Virus record (IMG/VR): IMGVR_UViG_3300034407_002805
Reading direction: 5' to 3' (one strand)
DNA: 54,807 bases
Origin: an uncultured virus (IMG/VR IMGVR_UViG_3300034407_002805)
Taxonomy: Duplodnaviria > Heunggongvirae > Uroviricota > Caudoviricetes
Shown piece by piece: positions 36,516 to 46,383 of the stretch. The notes below the pieces were generated by a model. That model saw nothing but the letters and a program-made list of their open reading frames with translations. It was not told the DNA's origin and ran no database searches. Numbering within the stretch: position 1 is the first letter of the stretch; each line of letters starts with the position of its first letter. Position numbers and translations under genes: made by a program.

Positions 36516-36791
36516 ATGTTAATCAAATCTCAAATGCAGCATATCGAATCAATGTTTAATGAAGCAAGCGATGAGCAAATGCAAGAAATTGCTCAAATGT
36601 TCAATGATGCTCGTCGTATGAAAACAGCTCGTGCTGCTAGGTCTTTCAAAGTTGGACAGCGTGTTGCATGGTCCGGCCGTAAAGGCGCCATGTCAGGCGA
36701 AGTCATTAAAGTTATGAAAAAGAATATCCGTGTTAAAACAGAAGCAGATGGCATTTGGAATGTTACTGCATCATTATTAAAAGCTGCATAG
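36516..36791 (+). CDS. Hypothetical protein with SH3/KOW-like C-terminus
   Basis: FKVGQRV...GEVIKV...WNV. Confidence 0.7.
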   Translation: MLIKSQMQHIESMFNEASDEQMQEIAQMFNDARRMKTARAARSFKVGQRVAWSGRKGAMSGEVIKVMKKNIRVKTEADGIWNVTASLLKAA

Positions 36792-36796
36792 GATAG

Positions 36797-36934
36797 ATGA
36801 TGTTTGAAAACAAAATAATGAAATTTTATGGATTAGCTGGTATCGGCGCTGCCGCAGCAGGTGCTGCTAATTCACTTCTTTTGCTAGTATTCACAACTAG
36901 CATTGTAATCTTGCTTTATATGATGGAGAAATAA
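36797..36934 (+). CDS. Small membrane protein (45 aa)
   Basis: Hydrophobic ORF that fills the gap. Confidence 0.4.
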   Translation: MMFENKIMKFYGLAGIGAAAAGAANSLLLLVFTTSIVILLYMMEK

Positions 36935-36935
36935 T

Positions 36936-37892
36936 ATGGCACATTTAGTTGAAACAATGGCGTACGCCGGTGAAGTACCATGGCATGGTCTTGGTGTACC
37001 AGTCAGCAATGACTTAACACCTGCACAAATGCAGGAAAAAGCAGGCCTCGATTGGAAGGTCCGCGAAGTAGAATCATTCATCGAGTTTGACGGTAAGCGT
37101 ATGCCAACCGGTCAAAAGTCTTTGGTTCGTGAAACAGACGGTAAGATTCTTACCAACGTTGGCGAGAACTGGAATCCAGTTCAAAACGACAAAGCGTTTG
37201 AATTCTTCCACGAGTTTGTATTGTCAGGTGATATGGAAATGCATACTGCCGGTTCACTCAAAGGTGGGCAAATGGTATGGGCTTTGGCTAAAGTCAAAGA
37301 TTCTTTTGTCATCAATGGTAAGGATCGCGTAGACTCTTACTTGCTTTTCTCGAATCCACACCAGTATGGCAAGTCAATCGACATTCGCTTTACGCCTATC
37401 CGTGTGGTATGCAACAACACTCTTACATTCTCACTTGATAGCAAGTCAGATGCTTCAGTAAGAGTCGGCCACCGTGTAGAGTTCGATGCCGACGCTGCAA
37501 AGAAAGCTATTGGTATTGCAAAAGACAAGATGGAAACCTACAGCGATGTAGCACAGTTCTTGTCAAGCAAGCGCTTTACACCTGACTCATACATTGAGTA
37601 TCTTAACACAGTCTTTCCACGTACAGCAGACAAGCGTGTACAGGGTAAAGCGCTGTCAGTAGAAACTCTTTCACGCAATGCAAAGCTTGCATATGATGTA
37701 CTAGAAACTCAGCCTGGTGCTGAATACGCTGAAGGCTCATGGTGGCAAGCATTTAATTCAGTAACGTTCATTACAGATCATGTACAGGGACGTAACTCTG
37801 ACAACCGTTTGTATTCATCATGGTTCGGTGGAAATCAAGTACGTAAGCGGGATGCACTAAAGTCTGCTATTGAATATGCAGAGGCTGCTTAA
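36936..37892 (+). CDS. DUF932 / phage-plasmid-like protein
   Basis: PWHGLG, PVQN, AGSL.GG, TPIRVVCNNTL, AFNSVT. Confidence 0.85.
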   Translation: MAHLVETMAYAGEVPWHGLGVPVSNDLTPAQMQEKAGLDWKVREVESFIEFDGKRMPTGQKSLVRETDGKILTNVGENWNPVQNDKAFEFFHEFVLSGDMEMHTAGSLKGGQMVWALAKVKDSFVINGKDRVDSYLLFSNPHQYGKSIDIRFTPIRVVCNNTLTFSLDSKSDASVRVGHRVEFDADAAKKAIGIAKDKMETYSDVAQFLSSKRFTPDSYIEYLNTVFPRTADKRVQGKALSVETLSRNAKLAYDVLETQPGAEYAEGSWWQAFNSVTFITDHVQGRNSDNRLYSSWFGGNQVRKRDALKSAIEYAEAA

Positions 37893-37953
37893 TGGTAGAG
37901 CTAATTGCATTCTTAATAATTGGTAACATTATCTTAAGTGGAATGAACATGCT

Positions 37954-38151
37954 ATGAGTATGAGAAGTATTGAAAGAGATGTCAAGGCTATGTCACTAGG
38001 CCTTGACGTCGTTAATCAAGAGATTGACTTTTGGGAAGCTCGCTTTAAAAAAGATCGTTCAGTTAAAAAAAGACTTGAACGATTGTACGAGGCCCGCAAG
38101 CATCTCGAAGAAAATCCTGAAAAAGCAAACGAACTGATACAGAGGTTGTAA
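37954..38151 (+). CDS. Hypothetical protein
   Basis: ORF with TAATG coupling to the next gene. Confidence 0.6.
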   Translation: MSMRSIERDVKAMSLGLDVVNQEIDFWEARFKKDRSVKKRLERLYEARKHLEENPEKANELIQRL

Positions 38152-38513
38152 TGAGAGAGTTCATATACAATAGTTGGAATGGCGTGATGAATTCCAACTA
38201 TAATCCCTTACGTCACATTCCTGACTTAAACACAAGGCACTTAGTATTGCAAGTTCTTGCTTGGATGTGGTGTATTGTGTTTGCAATTATTGTTGGCAGC
38301 TGGACTGTATTTGGTGTCAGCGCAGTTATGCATGTTATCTTACTTGCAGCAATTGCAATTACAGTAGGTACATTTGAAGTTGCAAGAAAAAATCCCTCAT
38401 TCTTTATGAAGAAAGATGGTTACCATAGCTTTCCACGTGCACGTCAGACAATGTGGATCAATGGTGAGAAAGTAAAACTTGACAAGAACGATCCGGGTGG
38501 AGAACACGAATGA
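38151..38513 (+). CDS. Hypothetical membrane protein
   Basis: NPLRHIPD...QVLAWMWC; two TM segments. Confidence 0.75.
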   Translation: MREFIYNSWNGVMNSNYNPLRHIPDLNTRHLVLQVLAWMWCIVFAIIVGSWTVFGVSAVMHVILLAAIAITVGTFEVARKNPSFFMKKDGYHSFPRARQTMWINGEKVKLDKNDPGGEHE

Positions 38514-38677
38514 AAAAACATAGCATTGATCAAACCGCTGCATGGGCTAAAAGTTGGGGTATCAAAGGATACGAACACTTGTATCCTGAGAATCGTGAAA
38601 AGCAAAGGCAGTATGCGATTAAGAGTTACAATTCACGTCAAAGAGAAAAACTTAATAAAAGTGTAACACAGCGTTAG
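38510..38677 (+). CDS. Hypothetical protein (55 aa)
   Basis: ATGA overlap; GGAG RBS. Confidence 0.5.
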   Translation: MKKHSIDQTAAWAKSWGIKGYEHLYPENREKQRQYAIKSYNSRQREKLNKSVTQR

Positions 38678-38698
38678 CACTAATACTAATAGATAATT

Positions 38699-38728
38699 AA
38701 GAGGACGGTTGAGAGTCCTCTTTTTTTT
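38699..38728 (+). terminator. Intrinsic terminator
   Basis: AAGAGGAC-loop-GTCCTCTT followed by a T run. Confidence 0.85.
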
Positions 38729-38749
38729 AATTCAACATAGGGAAAAGAA

Positions 38750-39652
38750 ATGAAAAAAATCATTTTCGCTGCTGCTCTTGCTCTTGTGGCCTCAAATGCA
38801 CATGCAAGAGATACAATCACTTCTGTTGGCTCATCAACAGTTTATCCATTCACAACTATCGCTGCAGAAAGATTTGCACAATCAACTGGTAACAGAGTTA
38901 TCGTTGAGTCCACTGGCACAGGTGGAGGTATGAAGTTATTCTGCAATGGTATCGGTATCGAACATCCAGATCTGACAGGTGCCTCACGTCCGATGAAAGA
39001 AAAAGAGGCAAAACTTTGTGCAAAGAATAACGTAACATTTGAAGAAGTTATTATTGGATTTGATGGTATTACTGTTTCAAATTCATTGCAATCAGAAAAG
39101 ACATCTTTTACTAAAGAACAACTGTTCAAAGCAGTAACTGATGAGAACTATAAGAAGTGGTCAGACATTGATCCTTCACTACCAAATAAAGAAATCGCAA
39201 TCATGGTACCACCACCAACTTCCGGTACACGTGATGCATTTGTAGAACTTGTAATGCACTCTGCTTGTAAAGCAATGGGTATGTCAAAGAAAGAATATAA
39301 AGCACAATGTTCGAACTTTCGCGAGGATGGTCAGGTAATTGTGATGGGTGAGAATGATAACCTATTAGTTGAAAAACTGGTGGTTGACAAAGATTTGTAT
39401 GGAGTCTTTGGTTTTTCTTTCTTAGATCAAAATAGAGATAAAGTGCAAGGTTCGGTAATCAATGGTGTAGAACCTTCAATTGAAACCATTGCAGATGGAT
39501 CTTATAAGGTTTCTCGTGCACTGTATGTCTATTATAAAAACGAACATATGGGGGTAATTCCTGGTCTTGTTGAATTCAAGGAGTACTATGCCAAAATGGC
39601 AATAGATCCTGATTCACCACTTACTGCTGCAGGTCTTATTTCCATACCATAA
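38750..39652 (+). CDS. pstS: Phosphate ABC transporter substrate-binding protein
   Basis: Signal peptide; GSSTVYP, STGTGGG, ASR, SGTRDAF, Y.VSR.LYVY. Confidence 0.93.
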   Translation: MKKIIFAAALALVASNAHARDTITSVGSSTVYPFTTIAAERFAQSTGNRVIVESTGTGGGMKLFCNGIGIEHPDLTGASRPMKEKEAKLCAKNNVTFEEVIIGFDGITVSNSLQSEKTSFTKEQLFKAVTDENYKKWSDIDPSLPNKEIAIMVPPPTSGTRDAFVELVMHSACKAMGMSKKEYKAQCSNFREDGQVIVMGENDNLLVEKLVVDKDLYGVFGFSFLDQNRDKVQGSVINGVEPSIETIADGSYKVSRALYVYYKNEHMGVIPGLVEFKEYYAKMAIDPDSPLTAAGLISIP

Positions 39653-39654
39653 AT

Positions 39655-39686
39655 AAAAAAAAAGGGGAGATCATTTCTCCCCTTTT
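39655..39686. terminator. Bidirectional intrinsic terminator
   Basis: A run-GGGGAGA-TCATT-TCTCCCC-T run between convergent genes. Confidence 0.85.
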
Positions 39687-39692
39687 CTTATC

Positions 39693-39926
39693 TTATTTTC
39701 TATTCCAGATTCCCCAAAGAACCCAGACAGCAATAAGACCCATAATCCCGTGTGACCCTAGTGTACTGAGCATCGAAGAAACATTTTCGACTACGCTTAG
39801 CCCTTGTGGCATGAATGGCATGTTGCCAAGACCAAGAACTTCAACAACGATTGCGAGTGCTGCTACGCTGATACCAACGTCGGCTAGTGCACCAGCCCAT
39901 TGTTTGATTTTGTTTAGCACTTCCAT
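39693..39926 (-). CDS. Small two-TM membrane protein (holin-like topology)
   Basis: GGAGG RBS; two hydrophobic helices; basic C-terminus. Confidence 0.7.
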   Translation of the reverse strand: MEVLNKIKQWAGALADVGISVAALAIVVEVLGLGNMPFMPQGLSVVENVSSMLSTLGSHGIMGLIAVWVLWGIWNRK

Positions 39927-40002
39927 GTAGTGCCTCCTCTACTAGTTATGAGAGACATTTACTCTCAATATTAATTTATTTATCTAAAAGCAAATTTTAT
40001 GG

Positions 40003-40031
40003 TGTACTTTTCAGTATAAATAGGGTATAAT
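40003..40031 (+). promoter_or_regulatory. Nested early and late promoter
   Basis: TGTACT-N17-TATAAT containing TATAAATA at 40015-40022. Confidence 0.7.
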
Positions 40032-40053
40032 AATAGTAGGATGGAAAAAGACC

Positions 40054-41466
40054 GTGTTACGTTTTAAGACATTTTTAATGGAGAGAGATGTGGCAAGTTT
40101 TAAACCTTTGCAGAAAGCTGCTTGGTTTCAATACAGCGACGATAGAGATCGCATAAAAATATTGTTACAGGCTATTAAAGATGGTACGCCTATTACATCC
40201 GTAGATGGAACAGATATTGAGATTGCAAATACTGATACAAATAAGCAGTCAATACAAAATTTTATCGACAAAGAAGATGATACTAAAGTAAAAACTTTTG
40301 ACTTAATCGACAAGAGTGGTAAAGTAATTAAATCTAATAAAATTGGCAAATCACCTTTATTTGGTGGCCAAGGTGTTGGTGGCGGTGCAACAGCACGTAC
40401 AGAAGAAGCTGAATCTTTACAATGTGTATTTTGTGCTGCTATGGTAGGTGAGGGTTCGAGAAAAGAGTTTGGTCATTTTACACCAGAACTATTAAAAAAA
40501 TATTATGATGGAGATAAGGTTTCTGTCAGACTAAATTTTGAAGACTTAGTAACACTAGATCCAAGTTGGTTTGAATCAGGATATATGTCTGCTAAAAAAT
40601 TATTACTTGATGGATATATCAATAAGACACAAACATTTCATTGTTCTGATGCTAAGATGGGTGCAGTATACGCTGCTAAAGTGGCAGCACTAAAATCTCA
40701 AGGTATGCCTGCTGTACAAAACGATAAATGGAATCCTGGGGATATATGGGCTATAAAGTCTAACTTTGACCCAGCTAGAAGCTTAGAGAAGGGCGATATA
40801 TACGAGCTTAATAAACAGCTAAAAGAATTATTCGACAGTAAAACTATGGTTGGTATATCATTGAAGAAAATTGGTAGCCTTAAAAAACGAGTAAAGTCTG
40901 AAGTTAAAAACTTAGATAAAGTAGAACTTGATGAAGTAAGTTATAAACAAGCATACCATAGATCTTATAAATCAGGTCGTGGTAATTTTATGGGAACTAA
41001 GAGTTGTTTTATGACATGGGATCAAACAGGTGAAGCAACATTAAAACCATCAAGTGCTTTGGCTGCTGTCAACTTTGAACAAAATTTAAGAGGTGCAAGA
41101 GGTGGTAAAGCCGGATGGTCTTACATACAGTATGCATGTAAAGAATTCTTAGGTGTTACCTTAAAAACTGCAGCTCAATATAAAGCAGATGCACGTACAT
41201 TAAAGACGGGAAATGATAGAGCTATTAAAGATTTTTATAACAAAGCGAAGTTGATCGAAGACGTAGGTACTTACGCTGAGTTTAAAAAAGATCTTATGAA
41301 AAAAGATAATGCTTGGATACATTCTAAATTGCAAGGTGTTTTAGTTTGTCATGCTTTTGAATCACAACGAATGAAAAGTAAAAAGGATGCAGCTATATCT
41401 TATTTGGTGAATCACTCTGGTTCAAAGATCGACATATCATCAGTGTACGTAAAGATAAGTGAGTAG
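40054..41466 (+). CDS. Putative capsid-internal PD-(D/E)xK nuclease-like protein
   Basis: N-terminal MLRFKTFLME; TEEAES...KWNPGDIW...GISLKK. Confidence 0.55.
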   Translation: MLRFKTFLMERDVASFKPLQKAAWFQYSDDRDRIKILLQAIKDGTPITSVDGTDIEIANTDTNKQSIQNFIDKEDDTKVKTFDLIDKSGKVIKSNKIGKSPLFGGQGVGGGATARTEEAESLQCVFCAAMVGEGSRKEFGHFTPELLKKYYDGDKVSVRLNFEDLVTLDPSWFESGYMSAKKLLLDGYINKTQTFHCSDAKMGAVYAAKVAALKSQGMPAVQNDKWNPGDIWAIKSNFDPARSLEKGDIYELNKQLKELFDSKTMVGISLKKIGSLKKRVKSEVKNLDKVELDEVSYKQAYHRSYKSGRGNFMGTKSCFMTWDQTGEATLKPSSALAAVNFEQNLRGARGGKAGWSYIQYACKEFLGVTLKTAAQYKADARTLKTGNDRAIKDFYNKAKLIEDVGTYAEFKKDLMKKDNAWIHSKLQGVLVCHAFESQRMKSKKDAAISYLVNHSGSKIDISSVYVKISE

Positions 41467-41470
41467 TAGT

Positions 41471-42700
41471 ATGGAAAGTTTTAGTGGATATATAACTGAA
41501 AGTAAAAATACACACATGACTCATATAGAAGACAAAGTTCTATATGGTGGTGTGAAAGGTACGAGAGAAGCGATCATGGCGTTGCGTTCTCTACGTGACA
41601 TGTTAGGAGGTGATCATGCTAGTAACGTATCTGTCAAGTGGGACGGTGCTCCTGCTGTGTTTGCTGGCACTGACCCTAGTGACGGTAGATTCTTCGTGGC
41701 GAAAAAAGGGATCTTTAACAAATCTCCCAAAGTATACAAGAGTGATGCTGATATTGACGCTGATACTAGTGGCGATCTTAACGCAAAACTTAAGCTTGCT
41801 TTACAATATCTACCTGAGTTAGGAATCAAAGGAGTAATACAAGGTGATTTTCTGTACGGTCCGGGCGATGTTAAAAGGAAAAAAATCGATGGTAAAAGCT
41901 ATGTTACGTTTCACCCCAATACAATTGTTTATGCAATACCGGCTGGCACGGATATGGCCAGGGAAATACAGAGAAAAAAGATTGGAATCGTATGGCATAC
42001 GTCGTACAAAGGATCGACCTTTGCAGGAATGAAACAAAGCTTTGGTGTAGACACAACTAAATTCCGTGATAGTAGAAACGTATGGTCACAAGATGCTATG
42101 TTACGTGATTTAACAAAGTATACTTTAAGTAAGAAAGAGACGGAGGAAGTCAATGAATTACTTAGCAAAGCGGGTTTTATATTCAATCAAATCGCTGGTA
42201 GCACTCTTCGCCAGTTGGAAGCTAATCAAACTCTTGCTCAAACTATTGAGACGTATAATAATACCTTTGTTCGTCGTGGTGAAGTGGTTAAAAATACACG
42301 TAATCACGTTGGGGGTCTTCTACGTTATATACGCAACAAGTATAGGAAAGAGCGTGACAAGCGGAGTTCAGAAGCTGGCAAGGCTGCTCAAAATAAAAAG
42401 CTAAAAGAAATCTTATCTTTCTTCTCAGACGAAAATAAGAAGTCACTTATACAAATGTTTGAACTACAAAAAGTGATAGTTCTTGCAAAATTAAAACTTA
42501 TAAATAGATTAGATAAACTTGCAAATGTTGAAGCATTTTTAAAAACAAACAAGGGGTATCGTACAACTGGCCAGGAAGGCTATGTAGCAATCGATAAACT
42601 TGGTGGTGATGCAGTGAAAATCGTTGATCGTATGGAATTTTCATACGCCAACTTTTCACCGGATATATTAAAAGGATGGGATAAACCAGGGAGAAAATAA
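41471..42700 (+). CDS. RNA-ligase-like nucleotidyltransferase (DUF6267-like), putative capsid-internal
   Basis: KWDG (motif I), QGDF, EGYV (IV), VKIVDR (V); N-terminal MESFSGYITE. Confidence 0.65.
   Translation: MESFSGYITESKNTHMTHIEDKVLYGGVKGTREAIMALRSLRDMLGGDHASNVSVKWDGAPAVFAGTDPSDGRFFVAKKGIFNKSPKVYKSDADIDADTSGDLNAKLKLALQYLPELGIKGVIQGDFLYGPGDVKRKKIDGKSYVTFHPNTIVYAIPAGTDMAREIQRKKIGIVWHTSYKGSTFAGMKQSFGVDTTKFRDSRNVWSQDAMLRDLTKYTLSKKETEEVNELLSKAGFIFNQIAGSTLRQLEANQTLAQTIETYNNTFVRRGEVVKNTRNHVGGLLRYIRNKYRKERDKRSSEAGKAAQNKKLKEILSFFSDENKKSLIQMFELQKVIVLAKLKLINRLDKLANVEAFLKTNKGYRTTGQEGYVAIDKLGGDAVKIVDRMEFSYANFSPDILKGWDKPGRK
42499..42506 (+). promoter_or_regulatory. Late promoter
   Basis: TATAAATA about 200 nt upstream of 42700. 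Confidence 0.45.
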
Positions 42701-43176
42701 TGAATGACGTATACGATCATCAAAAACCTGTAGGTGGTCCATTATCATTCAGACATTTTTACACAGCAGAGTATAGACCGGGTGAGGACGAACTCATCAA
42801 CTATCGTGCAAAGAAACGTAAAAATGGTGCAATGTATGAAGAAGCTGAAACCAGCGAGGCTCTAAGCTTATCACAGCGCTTAGCTCGTCGGCGTATGATG
42901 AAAAGATTTAAGGGTAAGATTAAGATTGGTCGTGACCGTGCAAAGCGTAGAATGGCCAATAAAAAAGTCCTTGACAGACGCGCCCTAAAACAAGCCAAAA
43001 CAACCATCCTTAAAAAATTGACAAAAGGTGTTCCAAAGAGTGAACTATCTTTTGCTCGCCGCCAAGAAATAGAAAAAAGACTTGAAAGACCTAATGTGCA
43101 AAAGCGTATTAAAATGCTTGCCAAGAGGTTATATAAAGACGTGAGAAAGAAAGAAGTACAGCGGAAAAAAGGATGA
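42700..43176 (+). CDS. Highly basic putative internal head protein
   Basis: R/K-rich after EALS; LSFRHFYTAE. Confidence 0.6.
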   Translation: MNDVYDHQKPVGGPLSFRHFYTAEYRPGEDELINYRAKKRKNGAMYEEAETSEALSLSQRLARRRMMKRFKGKIKIGRDRAKRRMANKKVLDRRALKQAKTTILKKLTKGVPKSELSFARRQEIEKRLERPNVQKRIKMLAKRLYKDVRKKEVQRKKG

Positions 43177-44372
43177 TTAATTCTTTTAAGAATTTTTTAG
43201 TTGAAGACAGCAAGGTAGTTTATTTTACGTTTGGTAGAATGAATCCACCTACGATAGGTCATGAGAAAGTGTTAGACAAATTAGCTACATTATCTCGTGG
43301 TAGTACGTATCGAGTGTTCTTATCACAGTCACAGGATGATAAAAAGAATCCTTTGTCGTATAAAGAAAAAATTAAGATTGCACGTAAAATGTTTCCTAGA
43401 CATGCACGTTCAATTATGATGAATAAAAAAGTCAAGAACGTATTTGATATTGCAAAAGTATTGTATGACGAAGGCTTTACTAAAGTATGCATGGTAGTAG
43501 GTTCAGATCGTGTAAGAGAGTTTGACATACTACTAAACAAGTATAATGGAAAAAAAGCTAATCACGGTTTCTATAACTTTAAGAGTATCGAAGTAAAATC
43601 TGCAGGTGAAAGAGATCCAGACGCTGAAGGCGCTGAAGGTATGTCAGCCAGTAAGATGAGAGCTGCAGTGAAGGATAATAAATTCACACAGTTTGCACAA
43701 GGTTTACCTAAGAAAGTTTCAAATGCAGATGCTAAGTCAATATTCAATTCAGTGCGAAAAGGCATGGGTCTAAAAGAACAAAAACAGTTTAAAAATCACG
43801 TGCAGTTAAAATCAGTATCAAGTGATAGAGAAGATTTTGTAGAAGGTTTATATCAGCCAGGTGATAAAGTAATAATCAAAGAGTCAGATGTAGTTGCAAC
43901 GGTGGTACAAAGAGGTGCAAACTATCTGATAGTAGAATCAAATGGTGTGCAAATGAGAAAATGGTTAGAACACGTAGAGTTGATGGAAAAAGAAGGCAAT
44001 CAAAAAGTGCCTCAAGATCCTGATGTCAAGAAAGCACCGGGCACACAGCCGGCTCCTTACTACGGCGGTCTTAAAAAATCAACTAAGAAGAAAAGACTAG
44101 TTCACTTTAAGAAAGGTGCAAAGATGGATGATGACAATCCAGCTGCGTATAAACCAGCACCTGGTGATGCAAAGGCAAAGACAAAGCCAAGTAAACACAC
44201 TTTAAAATATAAAAGAATGTTTGGTGATTCAGTTGATGAAAAAATAAACCTTGCAATGGCAAAGAAAAGAATTAGTCGTGAAAAACAACAAGATAAAATA
44301 AGACACGACAGAATGTTAGATAGAGCTCGTATGAGAGACGTCAGACGCAAAAATAAGGAAACAAGCGCATGA
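43173..44372 (+). CDS. HxGH nucleotidyltransferase (cytidylyltransferase-like) with basic C-terminal modules
   Basis: FGRMNPPTIGH, NPL, VVGSDRV, MSASKMR; N-terminal MINSFKNFLVE. Confidence 0.8.
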   Translation: MINSFKNFLVEDSKVVYFTFGRMNPPTIGHEKVLDKLATLSRGSTYRVFLSQSQDDKKNPLSYKEKIKIARKMFPRHARSIMMNKKVKNVFDIAKVLYDEGFTKVCMVVGSDRVREFDILLNKYNGKKANHGFYNFKSIEVKSAGERDPDAEGAEGMSASKMRAAVKDNKFTQFAQGLPKKVSNADAKSIFNSVRKGMGLKEQKQFKNHVQLKSVSSDREDFVEGLYQPGDKVIIKESDVVATVVQRGANYLIVESNGVQMRKWLEHVELMEKEGNQKVPQDPDVKKAPGTQPAPYYGGLKKSTKKKRLVHFKKGAKMDDDNPAAYKPAPGDAKAKTKPSKHTLKYKRMFGDSVDEKINLAMAKKRISREKQQDKIRHDRMLDRARMRDVRRKNKETSA

Positions 44373-44620
44373 TTAAGTTTAGTCAATACATTGTAGAAAA
44401 TGAGGGACTAAAAAAGAAGGCAGCCAAGTCTGGCATTTCTTACGGTACTCTCAAAAAAGTTTACAACCGCGGCATGGCAGCATGGCGTACAGGTCACCGG
44501 CCGGGTACTACACCACAGCAGTGGGGCATGGCTCGAGTCAATTCATACATTACAAAGGGAAAGGGCACGTATTACGGAGCGGATGCTGATTTGCGTGGTG
44601 CTAAGAGGAAAACAAAATGA
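44369..44620 (+). CDS. Basic putative internal protein (DUF5824-like)
   Basis: VYNRGMAAWRTGHRPG..PQQWGMARVNS; N-terminal MIKFSQYIVE. Confidence 0.65.
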   Translation: MIKFSQYIVENEGLKKKAAKSGISYGTLKKVYNRGMAAWRTGHRPGTTPQQWGMARVNSYITKGKGTYYGADADLRGAKRKTK

Positions 44621-45534
44621 AGACGTTCGATCAAATAAGAGAAGAATTAAGCGAAGGCTACGAATCAAATAAAATCAAAAAAGTTCTTCGAATAGGAGAG
44701 GAAGTAGAACAAATTCATGAATTGAAATCATCAGAGAGATCTCAAAATATTTTAAAAACAGGTATTGGTACCAAGGTCGGGCACAGTGGTCATGAAGGGG
44801 CTGAGTTCCAGCATGATGAAGCTGCTAAGAAGCATAAAGGCACTGAAGCAGGAAAACATCATGCAGCTGCTGCACAACATCATTCGAATGCAGTATCAGC
44901 TCTAGAAAAAGGCAATATAAGTAGCGCATTCAACCATTCAAAACTTGCGAACAGGTCGGCATTGAAAGCCAGATTGGCTGGAGGTAGTAAAACTGATACC
45001 GAAACTCTTCATAACCACCATCAAGCAATTTACAAGGGCCATCAACGGGCGCAAGACCACGCCGCCACCCTAGCTGACCGAAAGACCAAAGCCAAAAAAG
45101 ATAAACCTATTCAACGTGCTATTGGTCAGGCAAAGACTAAAATTAAAAGATCTCTTCGGAGGGAAGATGTTGAACAAGTCGATGAGATAAGCGATAAAAT
45201 GCTTGCTCGTTACAAGAAAAAGGCATTTCAACAATATAATGTTTCTAGAAAAAGAATGGGTGATGATGGTTATACTCCAGCGAAAAGAGCTCAACACGCT
45301 GATCGGTTTAGAAAACGCAGTAAAGGTATTGGCGGTTATTATCAAAGAGACATGGCCAAAAGAAATACTATAAAATATAAAGATGGGTCAACATTTGATA
45401 TGGGCAGTGGATCAAAGTATCTACACAAACCTACTAAGCATGATATGTATTCAAAAGGTAAAAAAGGCATGACCATGACAGGAAGACCTGCTTCTGCTAT
45501 GCCTAAATCTTATCAGGATCCGGATAGGAAGTAA
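44617..45534 (+). CDS. Putative internal head polyprotein (His/Lys-rich)
   Basis: N-terminal MKTFDQIREE; internal VEQIHE and VEQVDE linkers. Confidence 0.65.
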   Translation: MKTFDQIREELSEGYESNKIKKVLRIGEEVEQIHELKSSERSQNILKTGIGTKVGHSGHEGAEFQHDEAAKKHKGTEAGKHHAAAAQHHSNAVSALEKGNISSAFNHSKLANRSALKARLAGGSKTDTETLHNHHQAIYKGHQRAQDHAATLADRKTKAKKDKPIQRAIGQAKTKIKRSLRREDVEQVDEISDKMLARYKKKAFQQYNVSRKRMGDDGYTPAKRAQHADRFRKRSKGIGGYYQRDMAKRNTIKYKDGSTFDMGSGSKYLHKPTKHDMYSKGKKGMTMTGRPASAMPKSYQDPDRK

Positions 45535-45538
45535 AAAA

Positions 45539-46375
45539 ATGAAAACATTTTTTCAAGTTAGACAAGAATTGAGCGAACAGCTTAAACCAGAACATCAGGA
45601 ATTGTTCGACAAACATAAGAAAGCTGCTGAATATCACGCGGGGCAAAAGCGGCGATATTCCAGTTATTATAATAGTGCACACCCTAAAACTATAGCACAT
45701 AAAGCAATGTCGCGTGCTCATGATAGAGTCGCGGATGCCATAAGACTCCACCACGGTGGCGGTAAAGACGGTGTTCACCGTACTGTTCAACAACACTCAC
45801 AAGATCTTCATGATACAGCAGATAAACATAAAAATAGGATTGGGAGTGAACATGTATCTAACGCTCAAGATTTACATAAAAGTTTATCAAATATGAAAGA
45901 AGATTCAGATGCAGTCAAAGCTTTCTTAGCAAAAGGTGGCAAGATCAAAAAACTCCCACCAGCAAAAGCACAGGGCTATCATGGCAAGGATGATCCAGGC
46001 AAAGATATTAAAGGTATGCTCGATAAGCCTGACACTAAAAAGTCTGTAATGGGTACTCGTAAAAAAGCCAAGTCAATGGAAGCAAACGAAGCAATGATTA
46101 TAAGGTCTAAGAAACCTGCATCAAAACTTCGTAGGGATGCAGAAAGTCGTCCAACTGGTGTGAGAGAAATATCAAAGGGAATGGCTGGTCGCTATCTAAA
46201 GAAGGCACCAGCGAGTGCAGCACAAGCCGGTGACATGATGGCGCGGCCTACACCCGGTGCACCAGGTTCAGCAGCTACTATGGATAAAGGTGTCAAAAAA
46301 TTAGTGAAACGATATAAGGGCACATCGATGGCTGTAGATAAACTAACTGGTAAAGCTAAAGTACCTGCAAAATAG
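45539..46375 (+). CDS. Putative internal head polyprotein (His/Lys-rich)
   Basis: N-terminal MKTFFQVRQE; repeated modules. Confidence 0.65.
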   Translation: MKTFFQVRQELSEQLKPEHQELFDKHKKAAEYHAGQKRRYSSYYNSAHPKTIAHKAMSRAHDRVADAIRLHHGGGKDGVHRTVQQHSQDLHDTADKHKNRIGSEHVSNAQDLHKSLSNMKEDSDAVKAFLAKGGKIKKLPPAKAQGYHGKDDPGKDIKGMLDKPDTKKSVMGTRKKAKSMEANEAMIIRSKKPASKLRRDAESRPTGVREISKGMAGRYLKKAPASAAQAGDMMARPTPGAPGSAATMDKGVKKLVKRYKGTSMAVDKLTGKAKVPAK

Positions 46376-46383
46376 GATTGGAA

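Noticed and set aside
38661..38682. Complete Pho box upstream of pstS
   Set aside because: Only one convincing half-site; the 11-bp-spaced second repeat is poor, so it is not listed as a feature
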